Of a stretch of 64,000 nt of DNA, positions 12,735 through 26,257 are shown one piece after another. The DNA is from the human T2T-CHM13v2.0 reference genome, Homo sapiens: the NCBI RefSeq assembly GCF_009914755.1, contig NC_060933.1; one strand, given 5' to 3'. The first letter of the stretch is position 1. Each line of letters begins with the position of its first letter. The notes below the pieces were generated by a model, which made no database searches, was not told the origin of the DNA, and saw only the letters and a list, made by a program, of their open reading frames with translations. Position numbers and translations under genes: made by a program.

Positions 12735-14225
12735 TTTTTATTGAGGTAAAATTTACAGACAAAATTAAGCATTTTAAGGTAGACAATTTTGTGGCATTTA
12801 GTACATTCACAATGTTTTGCAAACACTAACTCTATCTAGTTCCAAAATATTTTCATTACACCAAATAAAATCCTATATCCATGAGGCACCTACTCCCCAT
12901 TACTCACTCTCTCCAGCCCTTGACAATCACCATTCTGCTTTCTGTACCTCTGAATTTACCTATTCTGAACATTTCATGTAATTGAGTCATATGACCAACG
13001 TGTGAACTTTTGTGTCTGGCTTCTTTCACCTGGCATAATCTTGTATAATATCTGGGCAATGAAATAATCTGTACAACAAAACTTCATGGCACAAGTCTAT
13101 GTAACAAACCTGCATTTGTACCCCTGAACTTAAAATATAAGTTAAAACAAAGAAAAAAAAGAGACTTACAGAAAGAAGAAGAAAAAAGACTGAATTATGG
13201 ATGGGTGGATGGATGGATGGATGGATGGATAGGTCAATGAAAAGATGGAAGGCTCATTAAAATTCTGTTTATCACTAAACATACCTGTTCAGAAAAAGTG
13301 TAGCGATGTTTACATTATGTGATATGCCACAAGATGAATTCTGTTCATATCCATTATTAATCCATTCATCCACTGATGGATGTTTGGGTTGTTTCTATCT
13401 TTTGACTATTGTGAATAGTGCTGCTCTGAATGTTCATATAGAGAGTAATCTGCATACCTGTTTTCAATTCTCTTAGGTATGTCCCTAAGTGGAATTCCTG
13501 GGTCATCTGGTAAGCCTATGTTTGAGTTACCATGAAATATTTATTCACAGTGACTGAATCATTTTACATTTCCCCCAGTAATACTTGAGAGTTCCAACTT
13601 GTAGATATCCTTGCCAACACTTATTTTTCATTTTATTGATTGTAGACATCCTAGTGGGTTTGAAGTGGTATTTAATTTTGGTTTTGATTTGGATTTTCCT
13701 AATGACAAATGTTGTTGGTCACCTTTTCATGTGCTTAATGTCCATTTTTAGATATTCTTTGGAGAAATACTAAGTCCTTTGCCCATTTTAAAATGGTCTT
13801 TTCAGTTGAATTTCAATTCTTTATATACTCTAGATATTAATCCCTTATCAGAGATGTGATTTGAAAATATTTCTCCTATTCTGTAGATTGTCTTTTCATT
13901 TTCTTGATAATATTCTTGGATGTTAAAAATTTTTGTCTTTATATGTCCAGTTTGTCTACTTTTTCTTTTGTTCCATGTGCTTTCAGTATCATATCTAAGA
14001 ACCCACTGTCAAATCCAAAGTCATGAAGGTTTGTCCCTATATTTTCTTCTGAGAGTTTTGTAGATTTAGCTCTTACCTTTAGATTGATGGTTCATTCTGA
14101 GTTCAGTTTTGTTTAGTGATTCAACTTCATTCTTTTGCATGTGAATATCTGGTTGTTCCAGCACCATTTGTTGAAGGGATGATTCTTTCCCTAAATGAAT
14201 TATCTTGGTACCCTCTTTTAAAAAT
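12735..14225 (-). mobile_element. L1MB-like 3' end, interrupted at about 13045-13310
   Basis: ttattgaggtaaaattt...gtggcatttagtacattcacaatgttttgcaaac; ccagcaccatttgttgaag. Confidence 0.8.
13052..13160 (+). mobile_element. Extreme 3' end of a primate L1 (L1PA13/L1PREC2-like) with A-tail
   Basis: tgaaataatctgtacaacaaa...tatgtaacaaacctgcatttgtacccctgaacttaaaatataagttaaaa. Confidence 0.8.
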
Positions 14226-14246
14226 TATTAATTTCTTGTTTATTTT

Positions 14247-14525
14247 ATTTTATTTTATTTTATTTTATTTTATTTTATTTTATTTTATTTTATTTTTGAT
14301 GAAGGCTCGCTCTGTCGCCCAGGCTGGAGTGCAGTGACCCAATCTCGGCTCACTGCTGGGACTACAGATGCCTGCCACCACACCAGGCTTATTTTTTGTA
14401 CGTTTTTAGTAGAGACGGGGTTTCACTGTGTTAGCCAGGATGGTCTCGATCTCCTGACCTTGTGATCTGCCCGCCTCGGCCTCCCAAAGTGCTAGGATTA
14501 CAGGCATGAGCCACCGTGCCCGGCC
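14247..14525 (-). mobile_element. Alu SINE (AluY/Sc-like) with (TTTTA)n tail, internal deletion and TSD aatttcttgtttatttt
   Basis: ttagccaggatggtctcgatctcctgacc is diagnostic; TSD at 14230-14246 and 14526-14542. Confidence 0.95.
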
Positions 14526-15373
14526 AATTTCTTGTTTATTTTCATGTTAGATATTGAATATGGTCTGCACAAGTTTCTTTTCTGTGATTAAAAAATTTTT
14601 GTTGTCTCTTTGTGGTCAATTTTTATAAATGTTGAAGATGCTTAAAAGTAGGTGTGTATGTCTGTTTGTAAGATACAGAAATTTGAGTACATATAGTACA
14701 CAACCTTATATCACATATAATAAAAATATTAGTAGTACTGCTTAAATTCTCTATATTTCTTATTTTGCTAAGTAGTCTTAATTAGTGATGGATTGAAAAA
14801 GATGAGTTAATATTTACTATTATACTTTTTGGTGTGTATTTATTTTTGTATTTTCAGTAGCTTTTTCTGTGTATTTTTGTTGTTATATTATCTGAGCATA
14901 AAGGTTCCTGACATTTTTACATTTATTGTGAAATACTTTCTGCATCATTAAACAATGAGTTCATTTAGGATTTTTCATGTCTTTTGCCTAAAATTAAAAT
15001 TTGCCTGCTTATTAATACAACAATCCCCACTTAAGTTTGTTGGCATTTGTTTGCTTTATCTTTGTCTAACCTTTAATTTATAACTTTGTAATTTTTTAAC
15101 ATATCTTTTACTTTTGGCATGTAATTAGCTTTTGGATCAAACAAAGAAATTATTTTTTAACAGATTTTATATTTCTATTTATATTTGTATTTCTAACAGA
15201 TATGCTTGATACATGTGCTTCCTTTTCTCTCTCTCTGTGTGTGTGTATATGTGTATGTGTGTGTGTTTAGTGAAGTGGTGTGTATGTGTATGTGTGTGGT
15301 TTAGTGAAGTGGTATGTATAGAAAGTGGTGCACTTACTTTTCTCCTGGTAATTTGAAAGTATTATTGTCTGTT

Positions 15374-15754
15374 TGTTACAGACTGAATGTTTGTGCCCCT
15401 CTAAAATTCATATGCTGTAGCCCTAACACCCAAGATGATGATATTTGGGAGGCGAGCCTTCGTGTGGTAATTATTTTTAGATGAGTTCATGAAAGTGGGA
15501 CCCTCACGATGGAATTAGCATCCTTATAAAAAGAGGAAAAGAGACCAGAGATCTCTCTCCACACCACCACCATAAGAGAACACAGCAAGAAGGTGGCTGT
15601 CTGCAAGCCAGGAAGAGAGCCCTCACCAGGGAACCAAATCAGTAGCACCTTAATCTTGGACTTCCAGCCTCCAGAGCTGTCAGAAATAAATTGCTTTTGT
15701 TTAAGCTATCCAATGCTTGACATTTTTTTTATGGCAACCAAATTTACTAAGACA
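15374..15754 (+). mobile_element. MLT1A-like MaLR solo LTR
   Basis: tg...gactgaatgtttgtgcccc...gcaagccaggaagagagccctcaccag...cagaaataaattgc...ctaagaca termini. Confidence 0.88.
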
Positions 15755-16477
15755 CTCTTCTAGTGTTATCTTTGTAAATTTGGAGATATATGTCATCTTT
15801 ATTAATTCATAACTTTTAGTATCAACTATTCTTACATCATGAAAGATTAGATATTTAGTCTTGATAGATCAAATATTCAACAATATGAATTCTAGTTTTG
15901 GAATTCTCCATTAAAGGTGCAATTGATTGGATTTGTCATCATGTTTTTTTAAGGATGAATAGGTACTATATGCACTAAGAATACATACTTTAAGAATAGC
16001 TTTCTTTCGTCTTTTATGTGAAGAATAAATTGACTACATGCATAAGTTTGGAGTCTGACTTTTCCTTCTCAGAATTATCTATATATTTCTTCACTGTGTT
16101 CTTCCATTGAAAATAACTATTTGGGGAAATCTGAGGTCAGTCTATTTTTCTTCTTCTAAGTAACTTGGCTTTTTTCTCACATTTTAATCTTTAACGTTTT
16201 GAACACCATCAGGACTTCAAATATTTTTTTCTTCCATGCTGAATTTTCTTAACTTGCTTTTCTATATATTTTATTCTCTCCAAAACTTTTTTTTTACTTC
16301 TTCATTTTGCTTAAGTGATCTTTTTAAAGCTGTTCTTCTTACATTGAATCTATTTCCAGCAATCTCTATTTTTATTCCTGCTGCTTCTATTGTGGTTTTC
16401 ATTTCTGTAACAGTTCTATTGTTATCTTGAATTTTCTTAATCTTCCAACTCACTTTTAACCTTTTTAACTTGTCTTA

Positions 16478-16795
<318 letters not shown>

Positions 16796-18334
16796 AGTAA
16801 TCTCCTCTGTGATTTTTTCCCCAGTGTCCATGTTTTTCTTTAATTTCTTTAACACTTTAGATTACAATAATTTGAAATTTTTTTTGATGCTTGGAACAAT
16901 TTTTATCTTGAAATGTATTTTAGTATTATGATATTTATTTACTTTCTCCCATTTTTTTCTCTCTCTCCCTCTCTGAGTAGCAGTGACAGAGGTGAGGGTA
17001 GTAATTATGTGCAGCACTGAACATTTTGGGCCTATAAGTCATCTTTGAAAGAGGGAAATTCCATTCAGGTCTATAATGATTTTCATGAACAGAGTGTCCA
17101 GATGCTAGAGAGCACAGCGGGTTAGATGGAAACTTCAGCGCAAGTCTGTTTCCTTAGAACAGTTTGTCAGCACATTGCTGAGTCATCTGCCCTTGGGGGC
17201 ATTCCTTAATATCCTCCAGTCTTTACTCAGCCACATCCCTGGGTGGGAGCCTTTATGTCCCACAGGCCCCTTGTTTGGTGATGTGTATTTGCCTGTGTTT
17301 TTTCAGATGACTGTGTTCCACAGCTGCATAACTGTGTACCACTTGTCCCAGGATGTGTGTTCCCCATTTCTCAGGGTAAGTCAACATGATTATATATATC
17401 CAGACTCTTCCAATTTCTCTCTTGTCTAATTTTGTTTTTATTCCCTTTTTTCTGTACATCATTTCCATCCATCATTTTTCCTTCTTTGCCTGTTCATTTG
17501 AGTGCATAATGTAGAGATAATCATTCCTGTGACATATGGGCTCAAATGCCAAAATTTAATCACCTGTACTCCTAACTTTCCCATCCACTTTTTTTTATAG
17601 ACCATGTGTTTTCTATTTTATGCAGTTTGCCTGGATTTTACACCATCTCCCAAATTCCCAGATGGATCTTAATATTTGCCTTAAAATATACAAGCGTTTT
17701 TGTGTCTCATCTTCATTTTCACATCATGCCTAAGACATGAAATTTTATTTGCTCTGCTTAAGTTTATAGTTTCGAAGAATCCTAAGATTATTAGTTTATA
17801 GGAACTATAAGCTTATAGTTCGTAAGAGCCCTAAGAATCCCCAAGTTGTCAAAAATTGAGTATAATACAATTGTTTCCACAGAATCAGTGGTAGAGAAAG
17901 GGAGTTAAGAGATGTACTATTTGATACTTGATGTTTATAGACATTTTCTCATAAAGAATTTGTATTAATATTTTAAATGAATGTATTTTATGTTTTTCTA
18001 GGTAAAAGTCTTATCAAATAATAATTTGTAAAATGATAAAAACATAATTCTCCTTCAAGTATATAAAGTGTAGAGTCAGTGCATACCTAACATTAAAAAT
18101 TATTTTTATTTTTATTATTATTATTATTCTTGATGGACAAATCATACCTAACATTAATGAGGGAATCGGCAAGATGACAAATGTGATTCAAAGGAGAATG
18201 TAAGGGTCTTATGTAGATATGGTCAGTGAAAGAAAGGCTGCTGGAATATGATGTCTAAGTTAGATGAAAAGAAGAGGTTAATACTTTACCTGACAATACA
18301 GCCCTAACCTCTGGAGTTTTTAATTTTTTAATTT

Positions 18335-18790
18335 TTTAAAATAAAAAACAGCTTTAAAGAGGTATAATTGATATAAAATAAGTGTGCATATTTAAAATTT
18401 ACATTTAATACTCTACTGACATTTGTATGCACTTATGGAACCATCATCATAACCAAGATAATGATCATACACATCATCCCCAAAAGTTTTCTCATTTCCC
18501 TTTGGAATCACTCCCTCTCACCATGTCCCATGCACCCACATCCATAGACAGCCACTGGTCTGTTTTCTGCCACTATAAGTTAAATAGCATTTTGTAGAAA
18601 TTTATAAAAATAAAAGATGAGTATACACATTGGTTTTGATCTGAATTCTTTCTATCAGCAAAATTATTTTGAAATGTATCCACATTGTAGCCCCTATCAA
18701 TAGTTTACACCTTTTTTTTTACTGCTGAGTTGTATTTCATTTCATGCATGTAACACAATTTGCTTAATGTGTTTACCTTTTGATGATATC
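18335..18790 (-). mobile_element. L1M (L1MC/ME-like) 3' end
   Basis: cagctttaaagaggtataattgata...accatcatcataaccaagataatga. Confidence 0.75.
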
Positions 18791-20179
18791 CATTCAGCTG
18801 AGTATTAATTAATCAATCCATTCAGCTGAGGAAATTACCCAAGACCAGTGAGTGAACTATCTAGAAATGTAAAGGTACCAGTGTTTGGTGTTCACAAAGG
18901 GCTGGGGATGGTGCCTTTCCTAATCATCCAGACTGAAAATACACATTCAAAAAATGTTAGGCACGTTACACAGAACTGTCTTGCTTCAATGGTAGGGAAT
19001 AATTATCCCTCAACTAAATATTATATTATTCAAATAGAAAGGCAATATATTATGACCAAGTGGGATGTATTTTAGGAATGCAAGGTTGGCTTAACATTCA
19101 GAAACCTGTAAAATACTCCCACTTCCATTTCCATGAAGGTAAAGTGGATGTGCTTTTTCTTGTCTATCAACTTATACACACGCCAATGCTCATTTCAAGA
19201 AATAAAAAGACTCTCAAGGGAGGAGTAAAAAAAAAGACCAGCTATTAATAGGTACCTCAGTCTAAGTAGCAATATGGTGGTGAACTCCTGAGTTTACTTT
19301 TACCTCATATATCAGAATGGATGTTGGCAAAGTTGGCAGTACAATGATGCCAACAAGTTCAGACAAAAATAGTCCAAACAAAAACCTACTCTTGCTAGCC
19401 AAAACACCAGAAAAGGAGCAGCCTCACAAGATATTAAACTTTTAGACTGTAATTGCTCAATTCCAATCAAAAAACACAGAAAACACTTGATCCCATCCCC
19501 ACCTACACCAGCAAAGGCCAAGGACCCCAAACTCCTAACCTCATGAAGTAACAAGGTGTTCCAAACACCCCTATCCCCAATTTCTTCATCCTGGTTGGTA
19601 TCAGAGCAGCTGGAGTTAAGAGTCAAGACTTTCATCCCCGCCCAACAGTAAGACACCTCCTGCTTCCATGCTGTCAGTGGCCACCATGCCAGGAAACTGA
19701 ATTTCTATCCTCATAGTCTGTAATAAGAGTGTAAGAATAGAAATGCTGCAGGAACAAATATGTATTCAAATAAGTAATGGCTGAAAATATACCAAATTTG
19801 GCAAAAGACTTAAACTACAGATTCAAGAAGTGAAATAAACTCCAAACCAGATCAACACCAGGACACATCATACTAAAGCTTCTGAAAACTAGAAACAAAG
19901 AAACAAAGAAAAAATATTGAAAGCAGCAAAAGAGAAAGGATGTCTTACCTACAGAGGAAAGACAGTCTAAATGACAATGAGTTTTCCATTAGAAACCAAG
20001 GAGGCAAGAAGGAAGGGTCACAACATTTTGTAAGCGCAGAAAGAACAGAATTGTTAGTACAGAATATTATATCTTTTAAGGATGAAGGGGAAATCAGGAC
20101 ACTCTCAAATGAAGAAAACCTAAGGGAATCTGCTGCCAACAGACCAACCCCAAAAGAATAACTAAAGGAAGTTATTTAA

Positions 20180-20413
20180 CCCATTTCCTCTTTGCCCTGA
20201 GAATACTCTTCTCTCTAATCCTAACGTGACATCATAGACATTTCTGTTACATTAGTATTAGAGACAAGTTCTGTTTAGAAGTAACTGCAAAAACAGTTTT
20301 TATATTTCATTTTCACATTGAAAATCAGTCAGATTTGACTCAGCCTCAAAGAGCATGTAAAATTAAATGAGTGCTGGCAGTGAGCTGCATTTTTTTTTCT
20401 GAAGGGAAATGGG
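20180..20413 (+). mobile_element. MER75B-like piggyBac MITE
   Basis: TTAA target duplication on both sides (20176-20179, 20414-20417); terminal inverted repeats cccatttcc / ggaaatggg. Confidence 0.9.
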
Positions 20414-20454
20414 TTAAACATAAAGGAAATTATAAAATAAGAAATCTTGGGAGC

Positions 20455-20533
20455 TTGGAAGCAGAGACTGGGCTATTATCAGACTCTAAACCAGCTGGCA
20501 CCTTGATCTTGGACATCTAGTCTCCAGAACTGT
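20455..20533 (+). mobile_element. MaLR (MLT1A/MST-like) LTR fragment directly 5' of the L1PB
   Basis: gctggcaccttgatcttggacatctagtctccagaactgt; compare gtagcaccttaatcttggacttccagcctccagagctgt in the MLT1A at about 15642-15680. Confidence 0.8.
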
Positions 20534-20534
20534 C

Positions 20535-23500
20535 TGGGAGAGAAAATGGCAGAGAGGAGGCAAGACTAACTTTCAACTCCCACTCAGATGGACAGAGCAG
20601 TGTGTGGAGACACACATTGTGAAATTTTGCTCCAAGACCTGCCACAGGAACATACCAGGAATGCTGAGAGAATCCAAAGACCCTTTGAAGGAGGTGGGTT
20701 GCTGCTGCAGGCTCCATGGGACAGCTGAGGAATTCTGATGTGCTCTTGAAAGTGCCACGCCCTGGCTGGAGGCCAACGAACACAAAACCAGTGCACTAAA
20801 CAAAAATACAACCACATACCCTCACAGAGTCCACTTCACTCCCCAGCTACCTCCACCAGGTGCTGGTATCCATAGCTGAGAGAGCTAAAGATGGATCACA
20901 TCACAGGACTCTTTGCAGACACTCCCTCCTCAGTACCAATCCAGAGCCTGGTAGTTCTATTGGGTGGCTAGATCCAGTGGAGAAATAACAATGGCTGCAG
21001 TTAGGCTGTCAGGAAACCCCATTCCTAGAAGAAGGGGAAGAGCACCATATCAAGGGAGCACCCTGTGGGACAAAAGAATCTGAACAGCAACACTTGAGTC
21101 ACAGATCTTCCCTCTGACATAGTCTGCCAAAATGAGAAAGAGCTGGAAAAACAATTCTGGTAATATGACAAAACAAGGTTTTAACACCCCCAAAACATCA
21201 AGACAAAAATCTCAGAATTGCCAGAAAAAGAATTAGAAGGTTGACTATTAAGCCAATTAAGGAGGCACCAGAGAAAGGTGAAGTCCAACTGAAAGAAATC
21301 AAAAAGAAAATACAGGATATAAATGGGAAAATCTTTAGTGAAATAGATAGCATAAATTAAAAAAAATCACAACTTTTGGAAATGAAGAACACACTTGGAG
21401 AATTGCAAAATGCACTGGAAACTCTCAGCAATAGAATCAAAAAGTAGAAGAAAGAACTTCAGAGCTCAAAGGCAAGGCTTTTGAATTAATCCAATCCAAC
21501 AAAGACAAGGAAAAAAAAAACAACAATAAAAAATGAACAAAGCCTCCAAGAAGATTGGGACTATGTTAAATGGCCGAACCTAAGAATAATTGTTTTCCCG
21601 AGGAAGAAGAGAAATCTAAAATTTTGGAAAACATATTTGAGGGAATAATAGATGAAAACTTCCCCAGCATTGCTAGAGATTTAGACATCCAAATACAGGA
21701 AGCTCAAAGAACACCTGGGAAACTCACTGCAAAAAGATGATCGCCTAGGCACACAGTCATCAGGTTATCTAAAATAAAGATGAAGGAAAGAATCTTAAGA
21801 GCTGTGAGGCAAAAACATCAGGTAACTTATAAAGGAAGCTCTATCAGACTAACAGCAGATTTCTCAGCAGAAACTCTACAAGCTAGAAGAGATTGGGATC
21901 CTGCCTTTAGCCTCCTTAAACAGAACAATTATCAGCCAGGAATTTTGTATTCAGTGAAACTAAGCTTCATAATGAAGGAAAAATACAGTCATTTTCAAGC
22001 AAACAAATGTGAAGATAATTCACCACTACCAAGCCAGCACTACAAGAACTGCTAAAAGGACCTCTAAATCTTGAAACAAATCCTAAAATACACCAAAATA
22101 GAACATCTTTACAGCATAAATCTCACAGGACTTATAAAAGAAAAACACAATGAAAAACCCAAGGTATTCAGGCAACAAATAGCACAATTAATAGCATAGT
22201 ACCTCACATCTCGATACTAATGTTAAATGTAAATGGCCTAAATACTCCACTTAAAAGATACAGAATGGCAGAATGGATAAGAATTCAACAACCAATTATC
22301 TGCTATTTTCAAGAGACTCACCTAACACATAAGGACTCACATAAACTTAAGGTAAAGGGTTGGAAAAAGCTATTCCATGCAAATGGACACCAAAAGCAAG
22401 CAGAAGTAACTATTCTTATATCAAACAAAACAGACTTTAAAGCAACAGCAGTTAAAAAAGACAAAGAGGGATATTGTGTAATGATAAAAGGACTAGTCCA
22501 GCAGGAAAATATCACAATCCTAAATATATGTGCACCTGACACTGGAGCTCCCAGATTTACAAAACAATTACTACTAGACCCAAGAAATGAGATAGACCGC
22601 AACACAATAATAGTGGGGGACTTCAATACTCCACTGACAACACTAGACAGGTATCAAGATAGAAAGTCAACAAAGAAATGATGAACTTAAACTATATCCT
22701 GGAACAAATGAACTTAACAGATATTTATAGAACATTCTATCAAATAGCTGCAGAATATACCTTCTATTTATGAAATATTCTCCAAGGTAGATAATATGAT
22801 AGGCCACAAAACAAGTCTCAATAAATTTGAGAAAATTGAAATTATACCAAGTACTTTCTCAGACTACAGTGGAATAAAATTAGAAATCAACTCCAAAAGA
22901 AACTCTCAAAACCATGCAACTACACAGAAACCAATAACCTGCTCCTGAATGATCACTGAGTTAACAATAAAATCAAGATGGAAGTTAAAAAATTCTTTGA
23001 ACTGAGCAATAATAGTGACACAACTATCAAAACCTCTGGGATACAGCAAAGGCAGTGCTAAGAGGTAAGTTTGTAGCATTAAATGCCTACATCAAAAAGT
23101 CTGAAAGAATACAGACAATCTAAGGTCACACATCAAGGAACTAGAAAAACAAGAACAAACCAACCTCAAACCCAGCAGAAGAAAAGAAATAACCAAGATC
23201 AGAGCAGAACTATATGAAATGAAATTGAAACAAAAAAATACAAAGATTAATGAAACAAAAAACTGTCTCTTTTAAAAGATAAATAAAATTGATAGACTGT
23301 TAATGAGATTGACCAAGAAAAGAAAAGAGATGATCCTAATAAGCTCAATTAGAAAAGGAACAGGAGGTATTACAGCCAATACTACAGAGATACAAAAGAT
23401 CAATCAAGGGTACTATGAACACCTTTATGTGTGTAAACCAGAAAGCCTAGAGGAGACTAATAAATTCCTGGAAATATACAACCCTCCTAGATTAAACCAG

Positions 23501-25818
23501 GAATAGAAACTCTGAACAAACCAGTAACAAGCAGCAAGATTGAAATGGTAATTTAAAAAATTACCAACAAAAAAAGTCCAGGGCTAGAGGAATTCACAGT
23601 TGAATTCTATCAAAAATTCAAAGGAGAATTGGTACCAGTCCTATTGAGACTATTCCAAAAGATAGAGAAAGAGGAAATCCTCCCTAAGTCATTCTATGAA
23701 GCCAGTATCACCCAAATACCAAAACTAGGAAAGGACATAACCAAAAAAGAAAGCTACAGACCAATATCCCTGATGAACATAGATGCAAAAATTCTTAAGA
23801 AAATACTAGCTAACATCATCCAACAACATATAAAAAAGATAATCCACCATGATCAAGTGGGTTTTAAACCAGGGATGCAGGAATGGTTTAACATATGCAA
23901 GTCAATAAATGTGGTACACCATATAAACAGAACTTAAAACAAAAATCACATGATCATCTCAATAGATGCAGAAAAAGCATTTGACAAAATCCAGCATCTC
24001 CTCATCATTAAAACCCTCAGCAAAATAGAAGGAGATAATAAAAGCCATTTATGACAAACCCACAACCAACATTATACTGAATGGGGAAAAGTTGAAAGTT
24101 GAAAGTTTTTCCTCTGAGAACTGGAACAAGACAAGGTTGACCACTTTCACTACTTCTATTCAACATAGCACTGGAAGTCCTAGACAGAGCAATCAAACGA
24201 GAGAAAGAAATAAAGAACATCGAAATCGGTAAAGAGGAAGTCAAACTGTCGCTATTTGCTGATGACATACTCGTATACATAGAAAACCCTATAGACTCAT
24301 CCAAAAAGCTCCTAGAACTGGCAAATGAATTCAGTAAAGCTTCAGGATACAAAATTAATGTACACTAATAAGTAGCTCTGCTATACACCAACAGCAACCA
24401 AGCTCAGAATCAAATCAAGAACTCAACCCCTTTTGCAATAGCTTCAATAAAAAAATATTCTTAGAAATATACTTAACAAAGGAGGTGAAAGACCTCTACA
24501 AGGAAAACTATGAAGCACTGATGAAAGAAATCATAAACAACACAAACAAATGGAAACACATTCTATGCTCTTGGATGGGTAGAATCAGTATTGTGAAAAT
24601 GACCGTACTGCCAAAAGCAATCTACAAATTCAATGCAATTCCCATCAAAATACCACCATCATTCTTCACAGAACTAGAAAAAAAAACCTCTAAAATTCAT
24701 ATGGAACAAAAAGAGGCCCACATAGCCAAAGCAGGACTAAGCAAAAGGAAAAAATCTGGAGGCATTACATTACCTAACTGACTTCAAACTATTCTATAAG
24801 GCCATAGTCATCAAAACAGCATGGTACTGGTATAAAAATAGGCACATAGACCAATGGAACAGAATAGAGAACGCAGAAATAAACCCAAATACTTACAGCC
24901 AACTGATCTTTGACAAAGCAAACAAAAACATAAAGTGTGGAAAGGACACCCTATTCAACAAATGGTGCTGGGATAACTGGCAAGCCAAGTGTAGAAGAAT
25001 GAAACTGGATCCTCATCTCTCATCTTATACAAAACTCAACTCAAAATGGATCAAAGACAAATCTAAGACCTGAAATCATAAAAATTTTAAAAAATTATAT
25101 TGGAAAAATCCTTCTAGACATTGGCTTATGCAAAAACTTCATGACCAAGAACCCGAAAGCAAATGCAACAAAAACAAAGATAAATAGATGGGACTTAATA
25201 AAACTGAAAAGCTTCTGCACAGCAAAAGAAACAGTGGAGTAAACAGATAACCCACAGAGTGGGAGAAATCTTTGCAATCTATACATCTGACAAAGGACTA
25301 ATATCCAGAATTTACAAGGAATTCAAACAAATCAGCAAGGAATAAACAAAGAATCCCATCAAAAAGTGGGCTAAGGACATGAATTATCAAATGAATTCTC
25401 AAATGAAGATATACAAATGGCCAATAAACATATTAAAAAATGCTCAATATTACTAATTATCAGGAAAATGTAAATCAAAACCACAATGTGATATCACTTT
25501 ACTCCTGCAAGAATGGCCATAAAAAAAAAAGATGTTGGCATGGATGTGGTGAAAAGGGAACACTTTTACACTGCTGGTGGGAATGCAAATTAGTACAATC
25601 ACTATGGAAAAGAGTGTGGAGATTCCTCAAAGAACTAAAAGTAGATCTACTATTTGATCCAGCAATCCCACTCCTGGGTATCTACCCAGAGGAAAAGAAG
25701 TCATTTACAAAAAAGAGACTTGTACATGTACGTTTGTAGCAGCACAATTGGCAATTGCAAAAATATGGAACCAGCCCAAATGCCCATCAATCAATGAGTG
25801 GATAAAGAAAATGTGATT

Positions 25819-25864
<46 letters not shown>

Positions 25865-26257
25865 GATATATATATATATACACACACCATGGAATACTAA
25901 TCAACCATAAAAAGGAATAAAATAATTGGAAATAATGGCATTTGCAGCTACCTGGATGGAATTGGAGACCATTATTCTAAGTGAAGAAATGGAAAAACAA
26001 ACATCATATGTTCTCATTCATAAGTGGGAGCTAAGGTATGAGGACACAAAGTTATAAGAATGATACAATTGACTTTGGGGACTCGGGAAAGGGTGGGAGG
26101 AAAATAAGGAATAAAAGACTACATATTGGGTACAGTGTTCACTGCTCGGGTGGGTGCACCAAAATCTTAGAATTCACCACTAAAGAACTTATTCGTGTAA
26201 CCAAACACCACCTGTTCCCTCAAAACCAATTGAAATAAAACAAAGAAGAAGAAAAAA
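20535..26257 (+). mobile_element. Near full-length L1PB-family LINE-1, inactivated
   Basis: 5'UTR (aaaatggcagagaggaggcaagactaa), ORF1 peptide 21780, endonuclease 22220-22681, RT pieces 23629 and 24485, L1PB 3' end (caccactaaagaacttattc...aataaaa), A-tail; many stops and frameshifts. Confidence 0.95.
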
